From Desulfobacterales bacterium (GTDB lineage: Bacteria; Desulfobacterota; Desulfobacteria; Desulfobacterales; SURF-7): a stretch of 64,000 bases of DNA. Positions 9,194 through 18,590 of the stretch are shown one piece after another (position 1 is the first letter of the stretch; the number at the start of each line of letters is the position of its first letter). The translations under genes and the position numbers were made by a program. The notes under the pieces are model-generated. The model had not been told where the DNA came from, did no database searches, and saw only the letters and a list, made by a program, of their open reading frames with translations. Location: positions 67,379 to 131,378 of the forward strand of contig JBGSLR010000018.1 in NCBI GenBank assembly GCA_041740615.1, in the 5' to 3' direction.

Positions 9194-9451
9194 TCAGCCG
9201 ATGGCCGCCTCGGAAAAAATGGCGAATTCCGGACACAACAGTTCGCAATAATGGCAGTTCAGACAATCTTCGGTTTTCACCAGGGGGGGATGATATCCCT
9301 TGGCGTTAAATTTATTGGAAAACGCAAGCACCTCCCTGGGGCAGTATTCGATGCAATAGCCACACCCCTTGCACCGTTCTTCAATGATATGCACCACCCC
9401 CTTGGTGATCTGGATTTCACCGGAATCAAGCGGAACCCGCCAGTATTTCAT
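9194..9451 (-). CDS. korD: 2-oxoacid:ferredoxin oxidoreductase delta subunit (2x[4Fe-4S] ferredoxin)
   Basis: The 85-aa product starts MKYWRV at 9451 behind an AAGGGGTGGGG RBS. It has two cluster motifs (CKGCGYCIEYCP and CLNCHYCELLCP). The 5' extension of the listed ORF to 9613 is not homologous. Confidence 0.8.
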   Translation of the reverse strand: MKYWRVPLDSGEIQITKGVVHIIEERCKGCGYCIEYCPREVLAFSNKFNAKGYHPPLVKTEDCLNCHYCELLCPEFAIFSEAAIG

Positions 9452-9551
9452 AACCCCACCCCTTGCTTTCCTTGACGGTTTGTTTTCGAACTCACATAAA
9501 CTTTGGTACCTACACGTAATTTCATAAAAAAACAATACCCAACAATATCCA

Positions 9552-9580
9552 TTGACAAGGGGATTCCGGGTTGGTATCAA
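9552..9580 (+). promoter_or_regulatory. Sigma-70-like promoter for tetR and the exporter operon
   Basis: TTGACA (9552..9557), a 17-nt spacer, then TATCAA (9575..9580). It lies 52 nt upstream of the tetR ATG. Confidence 0.4.
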
Positions 9581-9587
9581 CCCCAAA

Positions 9588-9609
9588 TTAAACCAAACAG
9601 TTGTTTTAA
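9588..9609. promoter_or_regulatory. Candidate TetR operator (imperfect palindrome)
   Basis: TTAAACCAA-acag-TTGTTTTAA, with 8 of 9 arm positions complementary. It sits immediately downstream of the putative -10 element, the position expected for autorepression. Confidence 0.3.
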
Positions 9610-9631
9610 CCATTTAGTTACATTTGATTCC

Positions 9632-10324
9632 ATGAACGCCTCTACGCACCACACCAAAAACGATGCCACCCGTCGGCAAATCCTGGCGGCCGCCGTTCAC
9701 GAATTCGCCGAAGGGGGATTCGCCGGCGCCAGAATGGATCAAATCGCCGGCAAAGCCGGTGTCAACAAAGCGACCATCTACTACCATATCGGCGACAAAC
9801 AGGCGCTGTATGCGGCGGTATTGCACGACGTGTTCGGGCAGCTCGCCCAATCGATTCTCCAGGATGTGAGCGAAGCCGCAACCCCCTTGGAAAAACTCAA
9901 AGCCTATTTTCACACCATCGAGCGAACCATTTTCGAATATCCGGATATCCCCCGGATCATGCTGCGGGAAGTCGCCTCCAGAGGGGAACATCTCCCGGAT
10001 ATCGTGATCGCGGATTTCATCCAAATATTTCTGAAACTGGCCGAAGTCCTTCACCAGGGCGAAAGCGAGGGCCTGTTTGTCAAAACCTTTCCCATCATTG
10101 TCCATTTCATGACCGTCGGTCCTTATATTTTTCTAAAAAATCTGGAGGGTCTCATTCAACGAAACCGGGAACTTGCACAAATCCAGGGATTACATCCCAG
10201 CTCGTTTGAGGAAATGAAAAATGAAATCGAAAAACTGCTGCTGAATGCCCTGCATAAAAACAAATACCCATCCGCCGATCCCACCCTTCCCTCACAGGAG
10301 AATGCCCATGAAGAACATCCGTAA
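9632..10324 (+). CDS. TetR/AcrR family transcriptional regulator
   Basis: The N-terminal HTH reads RRQILAAAVHEFAEGGFAGARMDQIAGKAGVNKATIYYHIGDK. The ATG is at 9632. Confidence 0.85.
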   Translation: MNASTHHTKNDATRRQILAAAVHEFAEGGFAGARMDQIAGKAGVNKATIYYHIGDKQALYAAVLHDVFGQLAQSILQDVSEAATPLEKLKAYFHTIERTIFEYPDIPRIMLREVASRGEHLPDIVIADFIQIFLKLAEVLHQGESEGLFVKTFPIIVHFMTVGPYIFLKNLEGLIQRNRELAQIQGLHPSSFEEMKNEIEKLLLNALHKNKYPSADPTLPSQENAHEEHP

Positions 10325-12737
10325 TCGAATTGAATCCGGCTTCGCCTATTTCGCGCTGTTTACCTGCCGACACCGCTTCAAAACCCTCGGTTTCATGCTC
10401 CTCATTATCGCCGGCCTTCTTTCCCAACTGCCCAAGATCACCATCGACACGTCAACGGAAGGCTTTCTCCATGAAAAAGACCCTGCGATGCTGACTTACA
10501 ACGCCTTCCGGGATCAATTCGGCAGGGATGAAGTCATTATCATCGCCTTGAAACCGAAACGGGTTTTCGATACGGCCTTCCTGCAAACCCTGAAGCGCCT
10601 GCATCGTGAACTGGAGGACAACGTTCCGTATATCGACGACATTACAAGCCTGATCAACGCACGCAACACGCGCGGGGAGGAAAACGAGCTGATCGTGGAA
10701 GACCTCATGGAACAGTGGCCCCGGACCGAGGCGGATCTGACCGCCATCCGCGACCGGGCCATGTCGAACCACATGTATCGGAATATGCTGCTGTCCCGAG
10801 ATGGAACTTTTACCACCATTGTCATCCGTTCCTACAGTCAATCCAGCCAGGATGCCGGAGCGGACGTGCTGGATGGGTTCGACGCGGCGGAAGCACCCCC
10901 ATCTTCAAAGCCGCCGAAGAAATATCTGACGGATGCGGAAAATACGGCGATTGTCAACGCAGTTCAGAAGATCGTCGCCGAGTACAAAACAGACGACCTG
11001 AAAATCTATCTGGCAGGCTCGCCGGTGGTCACTCACTTTCTCAAACAGACCATGATGAGCGACATGCGCAAATTCATGCTGATGGCGATCCTGGCGGTTT
11101 CCGTGGCGCTATATATCATGTTTCGACGGCTGACCGGCGTCTTGTTGCCGCTCCTGATCGTCATCCTGTCCCTGCTGTCCACCATCAGCCTGATGGCCAT
11201 TACCCACACCGCCATCAAAGTCCCCACCCAGATACTGCCGTCTTTCATTCTGGCGGTGGGAGTGGGGACCTCGGTTCACATCCTGGCCATCTTCTTCTTC
11301 CGCCTGCGCAAGAAGGGGGACAAGCAGGAGGCCATTGTACACGCCATGGGCCACTCCGGATTGCCCATCGTCATGACCAACGCCACGACCGCCGCCGGAT
11401 TGATGTCTTTTTCCACGGCAGATGTCGCGCCCATCGCGGATCTGGGTATTTTTGCCGGCGTCGGCGTATTGTTGGCCTTTTTCTACACCGTCATGTTGCT
11501 GCCGGCGCTGCTGGCCGTGATTCCACTCAGTTCCAAAAAAACTGAAATTCTCCGCAAGAATAACCGAATCATGGACCGCTTCCTGGAAGCGATCAGCCGG
11601 TTTTCCACTTCGCATCCCAAGGGAATCCTGCTCGTCACGGCAGTCATTATACTTACCTCCGCGATCGTTACGACCCGCATCCATTTCTCCCATCATCCCC
11701 TCCATTGGTTTCAACCGGACAACAGCATACGCGTCGCCACGGAAGAAATCGATCAGGAGATGCGGGGCTCCCTGAGCATGGAAATCGTTCTGGACACCGG
11801 CAAGCAGAACGGTCTGTATGACCCGGAAATCCTGCAGCGCCTGGAGAAGGCTTCCAGGGACTTGGAACAATTCAAAAGTGAAGATGTGTTTGTCGGCAAG
11901 GCCTGGTCCCTGACGACCATCCTGAAAGAAATCAATCAGGCGCTGAACGAAAACAAACCAGAGGCCTACGCCATTCCTCGAAACAGGGATCTCATCGCCC
12001 AGGAATTCCTACTGTTTGAAAACAGCGGCTCCGACGACCTGGAAGATTTCGTGGACACCCAGTTTTCCAAAGCGCGTCTGATTTTGAAGCTCCCATTCAA
12101 GGATGCCGTGAAATACAAAGAGTTTACCAGAATGATCCAAGCCTATATGGGGGAAAATTTCCCGGATATGCGCTATCAGATCACCGGGATGATCTCCCTT
12201 CTGGCCCGCGTCATCAACAACAGCATCTCCAGCATGGCAAAAAGCTATGCCATCGCCCTTATGGTCATCACGTTTCTGATGGTCCTTTTGATCGGTCGGG
12301 TCCGCATCGGGCTGCTCAGCATGATTCCCAACCTGGCGCCTATCCTGCTGACCCTGAGCGTCATCGTGATTTTCCGGTTTCCCATGGATCTTTTTACCAT
12401 GATGGTCGCCAGCATCTCCATCGGTCTGGCGGTGGACGACACGATTCACTTCATGCACAATTTCCGCCGTTATTACGAGTTAAGCGGCGATCCACGCGAT
12501 GCCATCGCCAAGACCCTGCACACCACCGGCCGGGCCATGCTGGTGACCAGCGTGGTGCTGGCCCTGGGCTTTCTGATTTTTACCTTTGCCAGCATGCAGA
12601 ACATCATTCGATTCGGTTTTCTCACCGGTTTCACCATCGTTACGGCCCTCCTGGCAGATTATTTCGTGGCGCCGGCCCTGATGATGGTTTTCAATCCCAA
12701 ACGGTCGCCAAGCACCTCAACTGTTACGGCTCGATGA
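10308..12737 (+). CDS. MMPL/RND-superfamily exporter (two 6-TM bundles, COG1033-like), copy 1
   Basis: The ATG at 10308 follows an AGGAG RBS and the CDS overlaps the tetR 3' end. The architecture is a periplasmic domain plus a TM bundle, repeated twice, with conserved SIGLAVDDTIHFM and TNATTAAGLMSF segments. Confidence 0.85.
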   Translation: MKNIRNRIESGFAYFALFTCRHRFKTLGFMLLIIAGLLSQLPKITIDTSTEGFLHEKDPAMLTYNAFRDQFGRDEVIIIALKPKRVFDTAFLQTLKRLHRELEDNVPYIDDITSLINARNTRGEENELIVEDLMEQWPRTEADLTAIRDRAMSNHMYRNMLLSRDGTFTTIVIRSYSQSSQDAGADVLDGFDAAEAPPSSKPPKKYLTDAENTAIVNAVQKIVAEYKTDDLKIYLAGSPVVTHFLKQTMMSDMRKFMLMAILAVSVALYIMFRRLTGVLLPLLIVILSLLSTISLMAITHTAIKVPTQILPSFILAVGVGTSVHILAIFFFRLRKKGDKQEAIVHAMGHSGLPIVMTNATTAAGLMSFSTADVAPIADLGIFAGVGVLLAFFYTVMLLPALLAVIPLSSKKTEILRKNNRIMDRFLEAISRFSTSHPKGILLVTAVIILTSAIVTTRIHFSHHPLHWFQPDNSIRVATEEIDQEMRGSLSMEIVLDTGKQNGLYDPEILQRLEKASRDLEQFKSEDVFVGKAWSLTTILKEINQALNENKPEAYAIPRNRDLIAQEFLLFENSGSDDLEDFVDTQFSKARLILKLPFKDAVKYKEFTRMIQAYMGENFPDMRYQITGMISLLARVINNSISSMAKSYAIALMVITFLMVLLIGRVRIGLLSMIPNLAPILLTLSVIVIFRFPMDLFTMMVASISIGLAVDDTIHFMHNFRRYYELSGDPRDAIAKTLHTTGRAMLVTSVVLALGFLIFTFASMQNIIRFGFLTGFTIVTALLADYFVAPALMMVFNPKRSPSTSTVTAR

Positions 12738-12748
12738 TAGGAGGAAAC

Positions 12749-13558
12749 ATGAAAAACAGGCTTCATCTCTGTCTTGTGATCTTTGCGCTGCTATGCGCCG
12801 CCACCGCCGATCCAGCTAAGGCCGATGACCCAAAGGCCCGCGAAATCATGCAGAAAGTGGATGATCGCGACGACGGCGACAATATCACGTCCAACATGGA
12901 AATGACTCTCGTGGACAAGCACAACCAAAAACGCACTCGGAAAATCGCCACCTTTTCAAAAGACAAGGGCAAGGATACCTACCGCCTCATGTTTTTTCTC
13001 TATCCGGAAGATGTCAAGGACACCTCCTTTCTGACCTACGACTATGATGACCCGGCCAGGGACGACGATCAGTGGTTGTATCTGCCGGCCCTGCGGAAAA
13101 CCAAACGGATCGCCTCCAGTGACAAAAGCGGTAGTTTCATGGGATCGGATTTGAATTATTCGGATATGACCTCCCGTAACCTGGACGATTACGACTTTTT
13201 TCTCAAGAAGGAGATGGACGTCAACGGTAAAAAAACCTGGATGATCGAGTCCATTCCGCGCAATCGCGATGTCATCGAGGAAACCGGCTATACCAAATCC
13301 CTCCTGTTCGTGCGCCAGGATAACGACTACGTGATCCGCGCCGTGCATTGGGTCAAGGATGGAGACTACATCAAATACGTCGATGTGAAGAAACTGGAAC
13401 AAATCGACGGCATCTGGTTTGGAACCGAACTGCATGTATTTCAAAAACGGGGGAAAGAAACCGTCCATCAGACGTTTCTGAAGTTCAGCGACGTCAAATT
13501 CAATCAGAACCTGGATTTCGAGCTGTTCTCCATTCGAAGAATGGAAAAAGGATTTTGA
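12749..13558 (+). CDS. LolA-like outer-membrane lipoprotein-sorting family protein (periplasmic)
   Basis: It has a signal peptide and the family motif QWLYLPALRKTKRIASSDKSGSFMGSDLNYSDM. The ATG is preceded by a GGAGGA RBS. Confidence 0.75.
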   Translation: MKNRLHLCLVIFALLCAATADPAKADDPKAREIMQKVDDRDDGDNITSNMEMTLVDKHNQKRTRKIATFSKDKGKDTYRLMFFLYPEDVKDTSFLTYDYDDPARDDDQWLYLPALRKTKRIASSDKSGSFMGSDLNYSDMTSRNLDDYDFFLKKEMDVNGKKTWMIESIPRNRDVIEETGYTKSLLFVRQDNDYVIRAVHWVKDGDYIKYVDVKKLEQIDGIWFGTELHVFQKRGKETVHQTFLKFSDVKFNQNLDFELFSIRRMEKGF

Positions 13559-13562
13559 TCCG

Positions 13563-15062
13563 ATGAAACGAAACTTCTTCCCGTTCGTCATGTTATTGGC
13601 CCTGCTGCTCCTCTGCGGAGCATTCGAACCGGTTTTCAACCGAAATCCGGAAGCGGCGGAGAAGGATGCCGGCCGTCCCGCCCCCTTATCCGATCCATCG
13701 GGCGAAGCCATCGACGACGTTTTAGACGCTTTTGAGCCACAAGGAGAGGAGGAGAACGCCAACGAAGACGTATTGGAAGCCTTCGAGGAAACGCAGGAAC
13801 CAGCCGATGGAGTCGTGACCGGAAGCCCGTCCCCTGTGGAGACGGTGTCCCTGGACGGCCATGTCAAAATGGGTTCTTCCTGGAATTATGAACATGAGGC
13901 GCCCCGGCAGGGAGAAACCGACTGGCGCGGCCTGTCCCGATTGCGGGCCGAGCTGCAACTCGAACTGGACGCAAAGCTCCCCGGTTCCTGGAAAACCTTC
14001 GCCAGCGCCAAAGGCGCCTATGATCTTGCTTATACCATACGGGGCCGCGATCATTTCACCGATGAAGTACTCGACAACTATGAAAAAGAGATTGAGTTGC
14101 GGGAACTGTACCTCCTGGGCGCCATCGCCGATCACCTCGATCTCAAAGCCGGCCGCCAGATTGTCGTCTGGGGAAGGTCGGACAATATCCGGGTGACCGA
14201 TGTGCTCAATCCTCTGGATATGCGGGAGCCCGGATTGACCGATATCGAAGACCTGCGGCTGCCGGTGACCATGACCCGGCTGGACTATTATTTCGGCGCA
14301 TGGAATGTGACGGGAATCGCCGTTCATGAAATCCGTTTCAACAAAATGCCGGAATTCGGCAGTGATTTCTACCCCTACGGTAATTCGGCGGTTCCCGAAA
14401 ACAAGCCTTCTTCCCGGCTCGACAATACCGAATTCGGTCTTTCGATCAATGGTGTTTTCAGCGGTTGGGATATCTCCTTCTATTATGCTTCGATATTCGA
14501 CGATTATCCACACCCGGAACTGGTTTACAGCGGGATGATGCCCCAGGTGGAATTACATCACGCCCGCACCCACATGGTGGGAACAGCCGGGAATCTTGCC
14601 TGGGGCAACTGGTTGATCAAAACGGACATCGCATTTTTCGAAGGCCTACAATTCCTCCATACCGGCGATACGACTTTTACGCGTATCGATGTGCTGGCGG
14701 GGATTGAATACATGGGCTTTTCAGACACCACGATCACGCTTGAGGCGGTCAATCGCCATCTCAACGAATATGACCAGCGGCTGAAAGATCCGCCCGAAAA
14801 AATCGATCGGGACGATTTCCAGTCCGTTCTTCGGGTCACCCAGGACTACCTGCACGACACCCTCACCGTGACGTTTCTGGCCTCCCTGTATGGATGTACC
14901 GGCCAGAACGGTGCCTTCGGACGGTTTTCCATGGAATATGATCTGACGGACAACTGGACGATTCTGGGGGGAATCGTGGATTATCGTTCCGGCGACAAGC
15001 CTTCAATGACGCGCATCGGCGACAACGACCGGGTCTATGGAGAAATCAAGTACAGTTTTTGA
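13563..15062 (+). CDS. Putative outer-membrane beta-barrel protein (DUF1302-like)
   Basis: It has a signal peptide (FVMLLALLLLCGA), an acidic linker, alternating aromatic/hydrophilic strands and a C-terminal ...IKYSF. It occupies the usual position beside LolA-like/RND genes. Confidence 0.55.
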   Translation: MKRNFFPFVMLLALLLLCGAFEPVFNRNPEAAEKDAGRPAPLSDPSGEAIDDVLDAFEPQGEEENANEDVLEAFEETQEPADGVVTGSPSPVETVSLDGHVKMGSSWNYEHEAPRQGETDWRGLSRLRAELQLELDAKLPGSWKTFASAKGAYDLAYTIRGRDHFTDEVLDNYEKEIELRELYLLGAIADHLDLKAGRQIVVWGRSDNIRVTDVLNPLDMREPGLTDIEDLRLPVTMTRLDYYFGAWNVTGIAVHEIRFNKMPEFGSDFYPYGNSAVPENKPSSRLDNTEFGLSINGVFSGWDISFYYASIFDDYPHPELVYSGMMPQVELHHARTHMVGTAGNLAWGNWLIKTDIAFFEGLQFLHTGDTTFTRIDVLAGIEYMGFSDTTITLEAVNRHLNEYDQRLKDPPEKIDRDDFQSVLRVTQDYLHDTLTVTFLASLYGCTGQNGAFGRFSMEYDLTDNWTILGGIVDYRSGDKPSMTRIGDNDRVYGEIKYSF

Positions 15063-15110
15063 CAAGGGGTGCGAAATTTTCACGGATCGTGCTGAAAAGG
15101 AGACGGCAGG

Positions 15111-17600
15111 ATGACGAGGTTGAAATACAAAGCGGAAAAATTATTCGAAAAAATGGCCTACGGAATCTGCAAACACAGAATCAAGACATTGATGCTGATG
15201 TTTGTTCTGATCGGATCGCTGATCGCCCAGTTGCCCAAACTGACCGTGGATACTTCCTTTGAGGGCATGCTGCACGTGGATGATCCGAAACGGATCGAAT
15301 ACAACGAGTTCCGCGATCAGTTCGGTCAGGACCGGGTCATCATCTGCACGGTGCGGACACCGGAAATTTTCGATGCCGAGCATTTGGCGAAATTGAAATC
15401 CTTTCATCTGGATCTGGAAAAGGAAGTCCCCCATCTGGATGAAGTCAATAGCCTGATCAACGCCCGCAGCACCAGAGGTGAGGGGGATACGCTGATTGTC
15501 GAGGATCTGCTGAAGGACTGGCCTGAAAAAACCGTCGACCTTGTCGCATTGAAGAACTATGTGCTCCATAACCCGGTATACATCAACGACTACATTTCCG
15601 AAGACGGGACGGTTGCCGCCTTGATCATCAAACCCATCGCGGCGGTTGAAAAGACGGACGAGGCAGATCTGATGGCGGGCTTCGAGGAAAACAACGAGAG
15701 TTCCGCCCGGGACGCCGCAAAAAATCCGGTCGAGAGACACTATCTGTCAAAAAAGGAGAACAAAGAAGTCGTTGAGGCGGTTTATCGGGTCGCGGATCGA
15801 TATCGGGCGCCGGATTTTACCATCGCGCTTGCCGGTGGTCCGGTATCGGAAGAGGTGTATGACAACCACACCAAACAGAACATGCGCATATTTACACTGA
15901 TCATGATGGTGGTCGTGCTCCTGTTTCTGGCGTTTCTTTTCCGGAGAATCTCCGGCGCGGTTTATCCGCTGCTCATCGTATACATGGCGCTGTTATCCAC
16001 CTTGGGGATGATGGCCCTGTGCAATGTGGCCATTTCCGTTTTCAGCGTGGTGCTGCCCAGTTTTTTAATGGCGGTGGGAATCGCCGATTCCGTCCACATT
16101 CTGGCGATTTTTTACAGACGCTATCAACAGGGCGACAGCAAGACCGATTCCATCGCCTATGCCATCGCCCATTCAGGCATCGCCGTGGTGATGACCAGCC
16201 TGACCACCGCCGCCGGCCTGCTTTCTTTCTCCATGTCGGAGCTCAGTTCCATTGGTAACCTGGGTATTTTCGCCGCCATCGGCGTGGGACTGGCGCTGCT
16301 CTATACGGTTGTCATGCTGCCGGCCTTTCTGGCGATTACACCCATCAAAATGAAAAAGGTGGAAGTCGATTTCAGCCGAAACAAATTGATGGATAAAATC
16401 CTGATAACCGCAGCGGATTTTTCTTCCGGTAGTCCGAAAAAAATTGTCACCGTCAGTTTCATTCTGATGCTCGTTTCGGTTTTTTTCATGCTGGACCTGA
16501 AGTTTTCCCATCACCATAAGAATATTTTTCCCGAAGAAATGACCATCCGGCAGGATGAAGAGTTCATCGATGGACACTTCAAGGGAATCGTCACGGTGGA
16601 AGCCGTTTTGGATACTCACAAAGAAAACGGTCTTTATAACCCCGTCCTGCTGCATCGCCTGGACCGACTCACGGAAGAACTGAACGCAATCCGGGACGGC
16701 GAAATCTTTATCGGCAAGGTACGATCCATGAACGACATCCTGAAGGAAACCAACCAGGCCCTTCATGGGAACGATCCCGCATTTTACACGATTCCCGACG
16801 ATCAGGCGCTCATCGCCCAGGAGCTGTTGCTGTTTGAAAACAGCGGTTCCGACGATTTGGAAAGAATCGTGGACAGCAAGTTCAGCAAGACGCGCGTGGC
16901 CATCAAGATTCCGTGGCTGGAGGTCCTGCTCACCGAAAAGGTCGCGGACGACATCTACGACCGTTTTCGAAATCAATTTGAAGGCCTCGCGGATATTACG
17001 GTCACCGGGATGGGCCCCCTGATGGGCAAGGCGGTGGCCGCCGCCATCCGCAGCATGTCCAAAAGCTATATCGTCGCCTTCTTCGTCATCTCCATCATGA
17101 TGATCATCCTGGTGGGGGATGTGAAACTGGGACTTATCAGCATGATTCCGAATCTGCTGCCCATCTTCATCGTGATGGGCATCATGGGCGCCTTCGGGGT
17201 CTTCATCGATTTGAACGCCCTCATGATCGGCAGCATCGCCATCGGCTTGGTGGTGGACGATACCATGCATTTCATGTACAATTTCAGACGCTACTATGAA
17301 TTGAACGGTGATGTGCGGTCAGCCGTCCGGGATACGCTGCTGAGTTCCGGCCGGGCCATGCTGATCACTTCGCTGGTGCTGGCCGCCAATTTTTTCACCC
17401 TGCTCTTCGCCACTTTCACAAGCACTCACAAATTCGGTTTTTTCACCGGCCTCGTGATTTTGGTGGCCCTATTGGCGGACTTTATACTTGCCCCGGCCCT
17501 GGTAGTGCTGGCCATGCCCTATCTGAACATCAAACGTCTGGTGTTCCCGGAACCCATCGCACCGGCGTTCGCCCGGCAAACCGCCGTCATTGAGGAGTGA
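15111..17600 (+). CDS. MMPL/RND-superfamily exporter, copy 2 (paralog of 10308..12737)
   Basis: It is collinear with copy 1 along its whole length (AIGLVVDDTMHFMYNFRRYYEL versus SIGLAVDDTIHFMHNFRRYYEL). An AAAGGAGA RBS precedes the start. Confidence 0.85.
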   Translation: MTRLKYKAEKLFEKMAYGICKHRIKTLMLMFVLIGSLIAQLPKLTVDTSFEGMLHVDDPKRIEYNEFRDQFGQDRVIICTVRTPEIFDAEHLAKLKSFHLDLEKEVPHLDEVNSLINARSTRGEGDTLIVEDLLKDWPEKTVDLVALKNYVLHNPVYINDYISEDGTVAALIIKPIAAVEKTDEADLMAGFEENNESSARDAAKNPVERHYLSKKENKEVVEAVYRVADRYRAPDFTIALAGGPVSEEVYDNHTKQNMRIFTLIMMVVVLLFLAFLFRRISGAVYPLLIVYMALLSTLGMMALCNVAISVFSVVLPSFLMAVGIADSVHILAIFYRRYQQGDSKTDSIAYAIAHSGIAVVMTSLTTAAGLLSFSMSELSSIGNLGIFAAIGVGLALLYTVVMLPAFLAITPIKMKKVEVDFSRNKLMDKILITAADFSSGSPKKIVTVSFILMLVSVFFMLDLKFSHHHKNIFPEEMTIRQDEEFIDGHFKGIVTVEAVLDTHKENGLYNPVLLHRLDRLTEELNAIRDGEIFIGKVRSMNDILKETNQALHGNDPAFYTIPDDQALIAQELLLFENSGSDDLERIVDSKFSKTRVAIKIPWLEVLLTEKVADDIYDRFRNQFEGLADITVTGMGPLMGKAVAAAIRSMSKSYIVAFFVISIMMIILVGDVKLGLISMIPNLLPIFIVMGIMGAFGVFIDLNALMIGSIAIGLVVDDTMHFMYNFRRYYELNGDVRSAVRDTLLSSGRAMLITSLVLAANFFTLLFATFTSTHKFGFFTGLVILVALLADFILAPALVVLAMPYLNIKRLVFPEPIAPAFARQTAVIEE

Positions 17601-17659
17601 CCGAACGAAACGGGATGGAAGGGCTTTTTATGACGATGGAAAGCTGAAAACCGAAGCAC

Positions 17660-18589
17660 ATGGGGATACCAATGAAACCACCCCAAACAGAACCATGCCG
17701 CTGGGGAGATCATAGCGGAGAAATCCACCGCATCCGAACCCGGGATGGGAAAGAACTCGCCGTCAGTCGAATTCTCCCAAAGGGTGAAGCGTTCCGACCG
17801 TTTCCGGCCATCCTGGTTCACGGAACCTATTGCGCCCGGAATTTCTGGGTCTCACCAAAGGGAATCGGAATGGGTGCCTACCTTGCGGACCAGGGGTTCG
17901 ACGTCTGGATCCCGGAATTACGAGGGCATGGCCTATCTCCCAAGGGGGATGCGTTTTCGAAAATCAACGCCGAAGACCAGATCCGATACGATCTTCCGGC
18001 AATTCAGGATCATGTATTCCGGATCACCCGCGCACCGGCATTCTGGATCGGTCATTCTTTCGGCGGATTGTTTATCATCGCCTCCCTCAGCATGCGATGG
18101 CTCCGCCAGGAAATCGTCAGGGGCATGGTGACTTTCGGAAGCCAGATCAGTTTCGGGGATACCTATCTCAAAATTCCGCCCCTGACCTGGATTCTTCGTC
18201 TGCTGCTGCGGATTGTCGGCTATTTGCCGGCCCCGAAGCTCGGTCTGGGACCCGAGATCGAACCCGCCGGTGTCATTCTGGAAACCATCCGCTGGAAAAA
18301 ACTGTTTGGGAAATGGACCAATTCCGAAGGCGACTCCTACTGGCCCGGGCTGAACGACATACGGATACCGGTGATGAGCTTCGCCGCGGCCGACGATAAA
18401 AATGATCCGGCGGAAGGCTGCCGACTGATTCACGATGAGTACGGCAGCCGGGACAAGGCATTCTTCGTTCTTGGTATTCGCGACGGTTTTGTGAAAGACT
18501 ATGACCATGTGGGGATGGTGGTCAGCAAGGAGGCCCAGTCCGAAGTTTGGCCGAAAGTGGGCGGTTGGATGCGGGAGAGGGAATCGTGA
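17660..18589 (+). CDS. Alpha/beta-fold hydrolase
   Basis: It has ILVHGTYCARNFW, the nucleophile elbow GHSFGG and a C-terminal DYDHVGM. The start could instead be the ATG at 17672. Confidence 0.7.
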   Translation: MGIPMKPPQTEPCRWGDHSGEIHRIRTRDGKELAVSRILPKGEAFRPFPAILVHGTYCARNFWVSPKGIGMGAYLADQGFDVWIPELRGHGLSPKGDAFSKINAEDQIRYDLPAIQDHVFRITRAPAFWIGHSFGGLFIIASLSMRWLRQEIVRGMVTFGSQISFGDTYLKIPPLTWILRLLLRIVGYLPAPKLGLGPEIEPAGVILETIRWKKLFGKWTNSEGDSYWPGLNDIRIPVMSFAAADDKNDPAEGCRLIHDEYGSRDKAFFVLGIRDGFVKDYDHVGMVVSKEAQSEVWPKVGGWMRERES

Positions 18590-18590
18590 A

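Noticed and set aside
9452-9613. The 5' extension of the korD ORF (listed as 139 aa).
   Set aside because: The extension has no ferredoxin homology and runs through the divergent tetR promoter region. The internal ATG at 9451 has a good RBS and gives the normal ~85-aa delta subunit.
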